From IMG/VR virus record IMGVR_UViG_3300045988_165036, positions 64,001 through 128,000 of that record: a DNA stretch of 64,000 bases. One strand, written 5' to 3'. This document shows positions 37,803 to 46,664 of this stretch, one piece after another. A model generated the notes under the pieces. The model was not told the origin of the DNA. It did no database searches and worked only from the letters and a program-made list of their open reading frames with translations. The number at the start of each line of letters is the position of its first letter. Within the stretch, counting starts at the first letter, position 1. Position numbers and translations under genes: made by a program. The DNA is from a virus.

Positions 37803-38608
37803 TAGCAGAAAATTTAAGCAGCAAGCAATATATGCTAAAATACGGAATAAATATAGAGGTTGGTCATGTCTACAAAAATTTTTTAGAAGTTTTGGAAGCA
37901 GTCGGTCTTCCTGTAGAGCTTTCTCAAAGTAAAAGTAGTAAAAGAAGAATTGTAGAGAGTTTAAAAGAACACACTATTTATAGAAGATCGGGACAAAAGT
38001 GGGTGTTCCAAGAAAATAATTATGGAAAAATTAAAGAATTTCCAGAGTTAGAAGAAGGGGAGGCTCTTTTGCCATATGATGATCGAGGGATATATTACAT
38101 TAGCAATTTTGGAAGAATCTGGAATAGAAAAAATCGTGAATGGATTTCGAAATATGAATATAAGGGAAGATATAAAGTGAGTCTTTATAGCCATCCACAT
38201 ATATTATCAAGAGTTGTTGCTATAACATTTATTCCGAATCCAGATAATAAACCAGAGGTAAACCATAAAGATGAAAATCCAAAAAATGATAGAGTAGATA
38301 ATCTTGAGTGGGTAACAAGAAAAGAAAATTTAAATTATGGCACAAGAACTCAAAGAGCTTCTGAAACCAGAGCGAAAAATCATCCCGGGAGCGGTTTCAA
38401 TAAAGGAATGTCTCCTTCAGAAGAGGTTAAACAAAAGATAAGAAACACAATTAAAGAGAAATATCCAGAAGGTTGGGGTTCTTGGAATAAAGGGAAAAAT
38501 AGAAAAAGATCTTCAAATTTTAAACAAAAAGCGATTCAGAAAATCAAAACATTAATTCTTCAATATAATATATCTTTCGAGGATATTTATCCGCCATCAG
38601 ACATTTAA
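37799..38608 (+). CDS. HNH homing endonuclease (NUMOD4 plus HNH_3)
   Basis: YYISNFGRIWN; VNHKDENPKNDRVDNLEWVT. Confidence 0.8.
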   Translation: MIAENLSSKQYMLKYGINIEVGHVYKNFLEVLEAVGLPVELSQSKSSKRRIVESLKEHTIYRRSGQKWVFQENNYGKIKEFPELEEGEALLPYDDRGIYYISNFGRIWNRKNREWISKYEYKGRYKVSLYSHPHILSRVVAITFIPNPDNKPEVNHKDENPKNDRVDNLEWVTRKENLNYGTRTQRASETRAKNHPGSGFNKGMSPSEEVKQKIRNTIKEKYPEGWGSWNKGKNRKRSSNFKQKAIQKIKTLILQYNISFEDIYPPSDI

Positions 38609-38694
38609 CCGCTCCCAGTTCGCCTTCGTTTTCTTCTACTATCTCCCCTCAAAAAATTTTTTCAAAAAATCTCAAACTTTTTTCTCAAACCCCC

Positions 38695-38723
38695 TTGACA
38701 AAACGCATTTTATGTGCTATACT
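38695..38723 (+). promoter_or_regulatory. consensus promoter driving the RNA operon
   Basis: TTGACA-N17-TGC-TATACT. Confidence 0.7.
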
Positions 38724-38729
38724 ATAAGC

Positions 38730-39030
38730 GTGAAAGGGAGAGAGCATCGGTTCTCGAGTAGGGAGCGGTTCAAAGCCTAGTGATGCCCGACACTGACCGC
38801 TCCCGAAGGCTCCATCGGACTCCTTCTCACTACCTCCTTTTTCAAGGGTGAACAAGTGGCCCTTTCCCATGCGTTCCCTTGACGGGTGTGGCTCCGGTTA
38901 AATGCGCTGATAGTTTTCATAGTAAACTCTTTTCAAACGCGACGCCGGTCTTGGTGATGCTTGATCGGTATGACAAAGCGGTCGGACGCTTGACGGTCGG
39001 GACAGACCGGCATCCTTTCTAAAGAGTGTT
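38730..39030 (+). ncRNA. unclassified structured RNA A (about 300 nt)
   Basis: G+C-rich, no RBS-led ORF. Long-range pair GTGAAAGGGAG/CTCCTTCTCAC; hairpins GGGAGCGGT...ACCGCTCCC and GCCGGTC...GACCGGC. Confidence 0.45.
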
Positions 39031-39098
39031 AATTCAGTCGGAAGAATCCCCTACTCATAATAGGACAGTCGCTGGTTCGAAGCCTTGAATTACCACCA
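39031..39098 (+). other. degenerate tRNA-like element (CAU anticodon loop, encoded CCA, reduced D and T arms)
   Basis: Acceptor AATTCAG/TTGAATT; CCTA-CTCATAA-TAGG; GGTTCGAAGCC; ACCA. Confidence 0.3.
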
Positions 39099-39134
39099 TC
39101 ATCAAAATTCAATAATCAAAGGAGAGACCTCCAA

Positions 39135-39308
39135 ATGTTACCAATTATCGTATCCGCAGTTCTGTCTCTTGCCACAATCGGATTCCTGATTTGGTTCTGG
39201 GCACGAACTCCGAGCAATCTCACCAAGTGGTATTGCGTCCCGGTGACGCTCTTCGGAGTAGCGGCAATCCTCGCATTCTGGTTCTTCGTAGTTCTTCCGA
39301 TTCTCTGA
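39135..39308 (+). CDS. small two-TM membrane protein (57 aa, below the ORF-track cutoff)
   Basis: AAAGGAGAG RBS; MLPIIVSAVLSLATIGFLIWFW...VTLFGVAAILAFWFFVVLPIL. Confidence 0.55.
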   Translation: MLPIIVSAVLSLATIGFLIWFWARTPSNLTKWYCVPVTLFGVAAILAFWFFVVLPIL

Positions 39309-39366
39309 TTGAGATGGCTGTCGGGAAAGACCGACACTCGTATCCTCCGCATTTGCGGTCGATTAT

Positions 39367-39448
39367 GGCTCCGTGGCGAAATCGGTAAACGCATCCGATT
39401 TAAGATCGGATACCTGTGGGTTTAAGGGTTCGAATCCCTTCGGAGCTA
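39367..39448 (+). tRNA. trnL: tRNA-Leu (anticodon UAA), long variable arm
   Basis: Acceptor GGCTCCG/CGGAGCT; anticodon arm TCCGA-TTTAAGA-TCGGA; T arm AAGGG-TTCGAAT-CCCTT. Confidence 0.85.
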
Positions 39449-40312
39449 CATCGGATTGTTTTTTGAACAGAGTTTAACTTGTCAGGTCATAACTGACATC
39501 CGATTCCAAGACGCTTGATTGGCAGCCTTCCTTAGTCTCTAAATAGTAATGGAAGCGCCCGACTCCCACGGAAGAGTGGAGCAACCTCACAGAGGAACAG
39601 AAATCCGCCGCTGTGTTGGATAAGTGACCGACGTTGACTGAACCGTCTCGTAAAAATTTCAGTGACAGTCTGGAGAGACAGACATCCATATGGGTGGGTG
39701 GTACTGGGGAGTGCAGAACATCATGTTGTAGAAAGTTAGTTCGACTCTAACCTCATCCGCCAGCAGACCGGTAGCGTTAACACATTCACCGACTCCCGGC
39801 TCAAAAAAATGTGGGGTTCTTTCCAAGGGTTTCTTAGCCTCTAAAAGCAAACCCGATTTTATCCCCTTCAGAAGGGATGCGGTCCCGTTCAAGTCGGGCG
39901 AGGGGTTTAGAGCGTCTGCAGACGTCGGAGTACCGGCTCTACCGTTAAGGAACCGGTGTAGGGCACGCTGGAGAACAGAGTCATTGCCCAGCGTGTAGTG
40001 TAACGAAGATTGAGCAATGATGGCGTCTCGGAAAGACGAGAAGAATCCATACGATGTGGGATGTTCCCCGTCGAAATATGTGAAATTCATAGCTTGAGCC
40101 GTTACAGTCGGAAAGTATTCATAGGCACTCCTCCACCTGTCGCACCCCAGAAATGGACACGCGGAAAAGGGAGAAAAATCGCCGACCCGCTGCGGGCGGG
40201 AGCGGTTCCTGTAGCTGCCTAATTGCGGCTACTGCTAATGGCAGTCTGATCAACTGCTAAGTTCGGTGCCTAAGGGGTTAAATGGGCGCGATGGCCGTCA
40301 CAGCCGAAACAT
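39449..40312 (+). ncRNA. unclassified large structured RNA B (about 860 nt), GOLLD/ROOL-like context
   Basis: G+C-rich, lies between two tRNAs, has many hairpins (CACGCTGG...CCAGCGTG; CGTCT-CGGAA-AGACG; CCCGC-TGCGG-GCGGG; TGTCAG-GTCATAA-CTGACA); its only ORFs lack an RBS. Confidence 0.45.
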
Positions 40313-40389
40313 TGTCGAGTAGCCAAGCGGTAAAGGTGACTGGTTTTGACCCAGTTATTACGTAGATTCGAATCCTGCCTCGACAGCCA
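40313..40389 (+). tRNA. trnQ: tRNA-Gln (anticodon UUG), CCA encoded
   Basis: U1-A72 acceptor TGTCGAG/CTCGACA; D region GCCAAGCGGTAA; ACTGG-TTTTGAC-CCAGT; GCCA end. Confidence 0.85.
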
Positions 40390-40507
40390 GCGGAGAATCT
40401 CCGCTTCTCCAAAGTATCTTCAGGGCACCCGCCTCATCAAGTCCGATCTTGAATTGGAAACTGGTGGGACGGGTTGTTCCGTATAAAAAGAAAGGAAATC
40501 ATTTCCA

Positions 40508-40987
40508 ATGGGCATCACTCTCAACATCAACGTAAATTCCCCTATATATAATAAGACTCCGACCTATAAACCGCTCCCGCAACTCACTCGTCGTCAGAGA
40601 TCGTTTTTCGAGTCGGCTAAAGCAGCATCTATTTTATCAGATCACCCGCATTTCCATCTTGGTTGTGCTATTGCAGAAGGCTCTCGTATCATCTCATCAG
40701 GACACAATTCCGTTACGCGATGTTCTTTAATCCAACGGGAACTCGACAATAACCAATTTGGCGGAGAACACAGGGGAGCTTGCCACGCCGAGACAGCCGC
40801 GTTGCTCCCGCTTATTCGTCAGAGAATCGATTTGGCCTCTTGTACTGCATATCTATATCGCTCCCACAAAGACGGTTCCATTGCTATTTCTCGCCCTTGT
40901 AGCCGGTGTATGAGCCTTATGCGAGCGGTTGGGATTCGACGAGTTTTTTTCACAGTGGAAGGCGGATATGCTGTAGAAGATATTTAG
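40508..40987 (+). CDS. dCMP/cytidine deaminase-fold zinc deaminase
   Basis: CHAETAAL and PCSRCMSLM motifs. Confidence 0.8.
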   Translation: MGITLNINVNSPIYNKTPTYKPLPQLTRRQRSFFESAKAASILSDHPHFHLGCAIAEGSRIISSGHNSVTRCSLIQRELDNNQFGGEHRGACHAETAALLPLIRQRIDLASCTAYLYRSHKDGSIAISRPCSRCMSLMRAVGIRRVFFTVEGGYAVEDI

Positions 40988-41091
40988 AGAACGAGACATA
41001 TTATCTGGGGACTAGATAACCTGATTATGATAATCATAGCAGGTTGTCTTCACATATATTAACAAATTACTATAAAAGAAAGGAAAACATT

Positions 41092-43437
41092 ATGTTTCTA
41101 AAACGTCTTATCCAATTTTTATCTCAAATTGACAGTGCTATATCGTCAAAAGACAGACAGCAGGCCGAAGAATTGCTGACGAAGTTATCCGAAGCATTAC
41201 AAGCCGAGCCAGATCTGTCAGAGCAAACCAAGACGGCATTTCTTGCATGGATGAGAACCATTCAAACCAAGCTTTATGGTTCTTCATCAAAAACAGGGAC
41301 CGATACGGAATCCCCAACGGAGCCAGATGTATCAACTGACATAGGTCCTGATTCTGATGCAGAAACAGAAGTTAAACCAGAGATACCAAAGCCAGATCCG
41401 GCTCCTGATGTTCGCACTCCAATTGCTCCCGAAATAACAAAAGACCCGTTTCATTACGTAGAATTGTCTGCCACTGATGGCGACGCAAATAAGATTTCCC
41501 TACAGACCGCGCTTAATACTGGTACAGACATCAAAATTCGCATACCTGGCACGTATCCTGTAACTCCGCCCGTGCTGATTAAGTCACAAACCCTTGATCT
41601 AAATAATTCTACCATTAAGTTGAATGGCCGAAAATATAAGGGCGCACTGTTCTTTTTGAGTGGAGAGCAGCCGTCTATTCAGAATGGAACAATTCAAGGT
41701 AGTTTTGACGAACCGGCAGTGCCACTTAGCGACCCGAATTTCTTTGAAGGCGAGTCACTTATTGGTCTATATTCCTATGCCTATTCTAACGCAAAAATTT
41801 CCAACTTAAAGCTCCATCATAGTTGGGGCTATGCCGTTTGTGAACGAACAAACGCCGAGGCTGCTACACTTCTCGGTCTACCGGATGGGAATATTGCCGC
41901 AATGGCACGCTGCTATGTTTATCTTGACCGCACAATGACCAAGAAGGAGTCCAAACCCGGATATCTGGGTGGACAAATGTCAACTACGGCTACCGGCGAT
42001 TATGTTTATGAAACCGCTAAAATGGATTTGACACCGGCGTTGTCTTCTATAGCACCTAAACTGCGCGGACCGCAAACAAATTACCAGTATATCTCTGCCT
42101 CCAACGGATTGGGCTACTTCCGCATTATTAGTGATCGGCGCATTGAATATGAGTTCACAGTACCAGGAGAGTCAGAACCGGTTTGTCGCACCGCCCTACA
42201 AGGCGAGGCAGTCCGTATTCCCGATGGCGCAATTGATGTCAGTGTTACCACTTATTGCAAGACATCTAACGCCAGTGATTGGAAGATTGGAGAAGGCGCG
42301 GATGTGCGCGATGTCGGTTATGTGATTTACCTGAGTAACCATGTTGGAGGATTGGATGTCCAAAATTGTGAAATGTCGTTCAACTCCTCTTTAGGGATGT
42401 GCGGCACAAGTCTTGGTGCTACTTACGTAAAGAACTGTACCAGTATCGGCAATGGGCGCTTAAACCGCGATTCAAAGCCATCTCACACAACTGTTGGGTT
42501 TATTGACATCGAAGACAACCCTACTTGTTTTGTCAGTTTGGAAAACATTACCAGTGATTTGGAGACGAACGGCGCAATGTTGGGCGCCGTTACGGCAAGT
42601 GTCAAAAATTGGCGTGGAAGTACAGTTATCATTTATCGCGGATTGAGTGCGTGGGTAGAAAATTCTGATGCATATATTGGACTGTTTAGCAACGATACTC
42701 CTACCGAACTAATTATCAGAAACAGCGTAATTCGAGGAATGACTATAAATAAATTGCCGGATTCTGTTCAAACCGAACACTGTACGTTTTATAACTGTCC
42801 CGTGCGCACTGTTAATGATTCTGATGGAAAGTACATCTATTCAAACACATATACCAGCGCGGGCAGTGCGCTAACGGGCTTGGTGAATATTTCCTTAACA
42901 ACTCCAGGCGGATGGAATAGTGCAGGCTTGTCTACGCCCGAGGGTTCCCATGCGCAACTATTCATCAATGGTTCTGAAGACACGCCACTTGGTAAATGGA
43001 AGCCGATGATAGCTACTGGAGATTGCTTTGGGCTACAAGTAGACGATACAATTTATCCTAATGGATTTACTATTTATGGCGCTAAAATCGCGCCCGGACA
43101 GTACCGTCATCCTACTAAGGTAGACGCCATGTTTGGCGTATTTGAGGACTGTGATTTTGATTTGTCCAAGCGTGAATTTTGTACCGTAGGCAAACATATG
43201 TATGACAAGCCGCTGGAGTTTAATTCTTGTACCATTCACAATGCCAACAATCCGTTGTTTGGTAGAAATGGCACGGCGGCATTTGGTGTCGGAAAGGGTA
43301 CGGTGATAGTGTTTAAAAATTGTACCATTGATAAGAAGGACAACATTTGTGTTACACGCGCAAATACTCCCGGTATTGCCACGTCCGGCGTCCCCACAAT
43401 TGAGTTTATTGACTGTACTTTCGGGGATGGATCATAA
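41092..43437 (+). CDS. right-handed beta-helix (pectate-lyase-fold) protein with a Pro/Asp/Thr-rich linker
   Basis: GAAAGGA RBS, ATG 41092; repetitive ...NNSTIKLNG...IQNGTIQG... pattern; higher G+C than neighbours. Confidence 0.5.
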   Translation: MFLKRLIQFLSQIDSAISSKDRQQAEELLTKLSEALQAEPDLSEQTKTAFLAWMRTIQTKLYGSSSKTGTDTESPTEPDVSTDIGPDSDAETEVKPEIPKPDPAPDVRTPIAPEITKDPFHYVELSATDGDANKISLQTALNTGTDIKIRIPGTYPVTPPVLIKSQTLDLNNSTIKLNGRKYKGALFFLSGEQPSIQNGTIQGSFDEPAVPLSDPNFFEGESLIGLYSYAYSNAKISNLKLHHSWGYAVCERTNAEAATLLGLPDGNIAAMARCYVYLDRTMTKKESKPGYLGGQMSTTATGDYVYETAKMDLTPALSSIAPKLRGPQTNYQYISASNGLGYFRIISDRRIEYEFTVPGESEPVCRTALQGEAVRIPDGAIDVSVTTYCKTSNASDWKIGEGADVRDVGYVIYLSNHVGGLDVQNCEMSFNSSLGMCGTSLGATYVKNCTSIGNGRLNRDSKPSHTTVGFIDIEDNPTCFVSLENITSDLETNGAMLGAVTASVKNWRGSTVIIYRGLSAWVENSDAYIGLFSNDTPTELIIRNSVIRGMTINKLPDSVQTEHCTFYNCPVRTVNDSDGKYIYSNTYTSAGSALTGLVNISLTTPGGWNSAGLSTPEGSHAQLFINGSEDTPLGKWKPMIATGDCFGLQVDDTIYPNGFTIYGAKIAPGQYRHPTKVDAMFGVFEDCDFDLSKREFCTVGKHMYDKPLEFNSCTIHNANNPLFGRNGTAAFGVGKGTVIVFKNCTIDKKDNICVTRANTPGIATSGVPTIEFIDCTFGDGS

Positions 43438-43446
43438 ACAGTGATT

Positions 43447-43500
43447 ATAAATCAATTCTACGGTCTGTACAATAAGTAAAACGCTTAGATTTCTAAATTT
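43447..43500 (+). repeat. intergenic repeat, copy 1
   Basis: AATCAATTCTACGGTCTGTACAATAAGTAAAACGCTTAGATTTCTAAA; about 80% identical to 43993-44045. Confidence 0.6.
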
Positions 43501-43677
43501 TTATCAATGGATGTATAAACTATACCCATAACAAACTATGTCCTAAAATCTAATACTTTATCAATAAAAAAGGAGGTACTTTTCAATTTTTATAAAGAAA
43601 ATATCCAGTCCCTTTCTTTCACCGGAATTTCAACTGACGAGCAAGAAACGGTTATTATATTTGGTCGAAACGGTGAT

Positions 43678-43962
43678 ATGGCTTCTGTAGAAACGACCGA
43701 CTCTACAGTTCTTACGAAACTCAAAAAGTGTACTGATACAAGCCCCGACATATATGAGCAAACCGTCGAATGGGTGCTTACAAACGTAACAACCAGTCCG
43801 AATGAATCTGACCCAACAAAAATCACATCTATTTGTTTTAAATGCCCTAAGAAACTTGTTTCTCTTAGGTTAAAGTCTGCCGTTCCAAGAGAATTGACAG
43901 ATGAAGAGAGAGCAGAAATTGCGGAGCGCATGAGGGGCATTCGGAGAAACAAAGAAGATTAA
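43678..43962 (+). CDS. hypothetical protein (the true start is probably upstream, but no canonical start codon is present)
   Basis: The frame is open and protein-like from about 43579; AAAGGAGG at 43568-43576. Confidence 0.5.
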   Translation: MASVETTDSTVLTKLKKCTDTSPDIYEQTVEWVLTNVTTSPNESDPTKITSICFKCPKKLVSLRLKSAVPRELTDEERAEIAERMRGIRRNKED

Positions 43963-43992
43963 AACAGTACAGGACCACATAGATGTCCCCAC

Positions 43993-44045
43993 AATCGATT
44001 CTAAGGTTCGTACAGTAAGTAAAATACTGTAAATTTCAGAAACAA
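43993..44045 (+). repeat. intergenic repeat, copy 2
   Basis: AATCGATTCTAAGGTTCGTACAGTAAGTAAAATACTGTAAATTTCAGAAA. Confidence 0.6.
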
Positions 44046-44129
44046 GTTGTTTGGGGTATTATCTTGTACCCCAAACAAATAAACTTTCAAAATCATTATT
44101 AAATCAATGAAAAAAGGAGATATTTTGCC

Positions 44130-44456
44130 ATGAAGTATTATTCAGAAGTTCTTAACAAAAATTTCGACACCGTTGAAGACCTTGAGACTGCCGAGAAAAG
44201 AGAAAAGGAAAGAGTTATTGTGAAAACAAAAGAGGATGCGGCTCTAAAAGCAGAAATTGATGCCGCCAAGAAAATTCGTGATGATGCTAAGGCCGATTAT
44301 TGTACCGCTCTTAATGCGTGTCATGAAGCTTTGTCTCGATGGAATGAGGCAGAAAAGAAACTGAGCGATGTGGAAGCAAAAAATAGATCTGTTATGGGTT
44401 CACCTAAAACAAGCGATGAACTTAAAAGACTTATAGAGAAATGGTTTTTTATTTGA
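44130..44456 (+). CDS. hypothetical coiled-coil protein
   Basis: AAAGGAG RBS. Confidence 0.6.
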   Translation: MKYYSEVLNKNFDTVEDLETAEKREKERVIVKTKEDAALKAEIDAAKKIRDDAKADYCTALNACHEALSRWNEAEKKLSDVEAKNRSVMGSPKTSDELKRLIEKWFFI

Positions 44457-44486
44457 AGTTTTAGTACATAAAAATATATTATGTTT

Positions 44487-44521
44487 AAAAAAGGGCAATC
44501 CCATCGGACTGCCCTTTTTTA
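44487..44521. terminator. bidirectional rho-independent terminator at the strand-convergence point
   Basis: AAAAAAGGGCA-loop-TGCCCTTTTTT. Confidence 0.7.
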
Positions 44522-44556
44522 TGTGCCGCCGCGTTGCGGGGTTGGGCAACAAAAAT

Positions 44557-44608
44557 AAAATTTTGGTTCTGGAAAATTTTGGGCGCGGCAAGCAAATTTT
44601 GGGCGCGG
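44557..44608. repeat. three direct repeats AAATTTTGG(G/T)(C/T)(G/C)(C/T)GG
   Basis: AATTTTGGGCGCGG at 44575 and 44595; degenerate copy at 44559. Confidence 0.6.
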
Positions 44609-45192
44609 TTCTATGAAAGGGGGCGGGTGGGAAAAATAGGCGGGCGCCGCGTAAAAGAAAAAATTATGCCCCGCCCTTTAAAAAAAATATCGCCCAGCGA
44701 CATAATGATCCCTCTCGGATTTTTTAATTTGGTGTCGGGATCAAGACACCGGGAAGCTTTAGGGTTTGCTTCCCTCAAAATTATTTTCCCATCTTTCCGA
44801 CGTCACCAAAAGGCGGGGCTGGGATAGCACCTGATAACGCTCAGATGCTTCAGGAAGCGTAGAAATAGAAGAAACACGGTTTTCTTTATTTGCGGATGAC
44901 CGTAAACCCAAACGGCTTTCACTTCATCTTAACTCACTTTATCTCAACGATGAAGTTCGATGAAAGCAAGAACAAAACATAAAAAAAAGACAATGCCAAA
45001 GGCACTCATTGCATCACCTCCTTTCTACTTCTCTACTTCGAAAAATAGAACATCAGAAAGAAATAGATGGCAGATAAAACCCAGAACACAATTGCTTCAA
45101 TCTTTCCACACATTTCTTTCGAGTCTTTCCAACATCGTCGAACCAAAAGCCCCAAAACCAGTAGAAGTATCATTAGCTTTCATCACCTCCTT

Positions 45193-45654
45193 TCATTTTC
45201 CAACAGAAATAATATTTTCCAATTTGACATCAAAAACATCAAGGTTTGATTTGATCCAATATGATGGGATAGTAATTGAGCGAACATCCTCTTCAGACGC
45301 AACTTCCCCATTTATATACCAACAAACCTTGACATTTCCTCCATTTGGAATAGTGGCGAATGTAATATACTTTTGTGAAGAATCGGATATCTTCTCTTTC
45401 ATGATATTCCGATATCCATCGCACCACCTCCACCATTGAGTGTGTGTGGAAGTAATGGACTGAGACATTGTTGCTCTTCGTTCTTTTACCGCAGAAAGGT
45501 TAGAGTACGAGACTCCAACCCTAACAGTCGCTTCTACGATTTTCTCAATCTTACAATCTTTGAATTTCGCAGAAGGTTTGACGTCTGTACGATATTTGAT
45601 TCGTACAAATGCCCCATGCCTTAAAGACCTAACTTTCTCAATGATGCCAGTCAT
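45193..45654 (-). CDS. hypothetical protein
   Basis: GGAGG RBS, ATG 45654. Confidence 0.6.
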   Translation of the reverse strand: MTGIIEKVRSLRHGAFVRIKYRTDVKPSAKFKDCKIEKIVEATVRVGVSYSNLSAVKERRATMSQSITSTHTQWWRWCDGYRNIMKEKISDSSQKYITFATIPNGGNVKVCWYINGEVASEEDVRSITIPSYWIKSNLDVFDVKLENIISVGK

Positions 45655-45656
45655 AA

Positions 45657-46268
45657 TCAATTTTCCTCCTCATCATCATTCTTATCTTCGTCTTCGCTCC
45701 AACTGTCAATCTCTTCCTGAATCTCGTCATTCTCAAAAGCACACTCGCGATCAACAACAACTCTCGCAATGTCATCGGGATAAATCCAGTCAGTCGGGCA
45801 ATCTGTCGACTCGAAGTTGCCATAGCCGTTGTAACAGAAGTAGTCGTGATTCGGATTGAAGTCTCCGTAGACGATGCTGCGGGCAATATCACTCGGGGTC
45901 ATTCCTTCGCAGATTTCGTCGAATCTCTCCATCTCGATGATTTCGTCATCGTAATCATTGGTTTCGTAGCAATACTCGTTGTGGAGCGCCACTGCGTCCG
46001 AATCGTCCATATCCTCGATAATGCTCTTGATTGCCTCAACCTTCTCATCGTAAGTCTTCATAGTTTTGTTCTCCTTTTTATTTTCAATATTTTTGTTTTC
46101 GTTGGTGGTTTCAGTCAGAGTGCCGTTGTTGATTGTGTTGTTGACATAGTTCGTGAAGATTGTTCCAAGTTCGTCTGCGTCGTGGTTGTCTCCGAAAAGT
46201 GCCTTTATTTCTTCCAAAACCTGTCCTTCCGTGATGTTTTGTCCTGCTAAATTGCGAAAAGTTCTCAT
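45657..46268 (-). CDS. highly acidic hypothetical protein
   Basis: GGAGG 8 nt before ATG 46268; a second strong internal RBS+ATG at MKTYDEK; C-terminal D/E tail. Confidence 0.55.
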   Translation of the reverse strand: MRTFRNLAGQNITEGQVLEEIKALFGDNHDADELGTIFTNYVNNTINNGTLTETTNENKNIENKKENKTMKTYDEKVEAIKSIIEDMDDSDAVALHNEYCYETNDYDDEIIEMERFDEICEGMTPSDIARSIVYGDFNPNHDYFCYNGYGNFESTDCPTDWIYPDDIARVVVDRECAFENDEIQEEIDSWSEDEDKNDDEEEN

Positions 46269-46286
46269 TTCTGTTTCCTCCATTTA

Positions 46287-46664
46287 TTATTTGATGTTGT
46301 TTTTATGAATTGCGTAGGTCCAATAGATGACATCGGTATTTGCGTCGATGAATTTGTCTTCCACGAGACGCCCAACTCGATATATGACATAGTCGTCCAT
46401 TTCATCGTAAAGTTCCACGGAGACAACCAATCCAAGCCAGTTGCCGTTTTCTCCAATCTGCGGAAGCTCCGAAAGCGAATCAACAACCCTCGCATTTCCG
46501 AACCACTGACGAACTTCCTCCAGTGTCTCCGAACAGTTCAGAAGATACTGATTGAACGAGTAGTCGTATTCTTCTGGGGTTTCCTTCTTCAACTCTTCGA
46601 ACTCCTTTCTCAATTCTTCCTCTGTGATGATTTCTCCAGTGTTAGTGTCTCTAAACTTTCTCAT
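46287..46664 (-). CDS. hypothetical protein
   Basis: ORF with RBS; N-terminus MRKFRDTNTGEIITE resembles MRTFRNLAGQNITE of the next gene. Confidence 0.6.
   Translation of the reverse strand: MRKFRDTNTGEIITEEELRKEFEELKKETPEEYDYSFNQYLLNCSETLEEVRQWFGNARVVDSLSELPQIGENGNWLGLVVSVELYDEMDDYVIYRVGRLVEDKFIDANTDVIYWTYAIHKNNIK

Noticed and set aside
39820-39910. A tRNA with an 8-nt anticodon loop containing UCA (ATCCC-CTTCAGAA-GGGAT) and a TTCAAGT T-loop-like hairpin
   Set aside because: No acceptor stem can be paired (only 4 of 7) and no D arm is present. It is more likely a set of local helices in the large RNA.
39659-40090. A 143-aa - strand ORF inside the G+C-rich region
   Set aside because: No RBS. 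It is antisense to a promoter-driven tRNA operon. Long ORFs arise by chance in locally G+C-rich sequence, and the composition is not protein-like.
40176-40222. A tmRNA-like tag reading frame: GCC GAC CCG ... GTA GCT GCC TAA encodes ADPLRAGAVPVAA*
   Set aside because: No tmRNA 5' acceptor strand (GGGG...GGATTCGAC-type) and no T-arm/ACCA 3' end positioned to pair with it. Only about 90 nt separate the putative tag from tRNA-Gln, too little for the pseudoknots.
44557-44700. A CRISPR-like array
   Set aside because: The repeats are only about 15 nt long, there are three copies, spacing is irregular, and no repeat-spacer architecture or cas genes are present.
44960-45439. A 159-aa + strand ORF
   Set aside because: It is G-poor and low-complexity, overlaps the - strand gene 45193..45654, and lies downstream of the convergent terminator, with no RBS.
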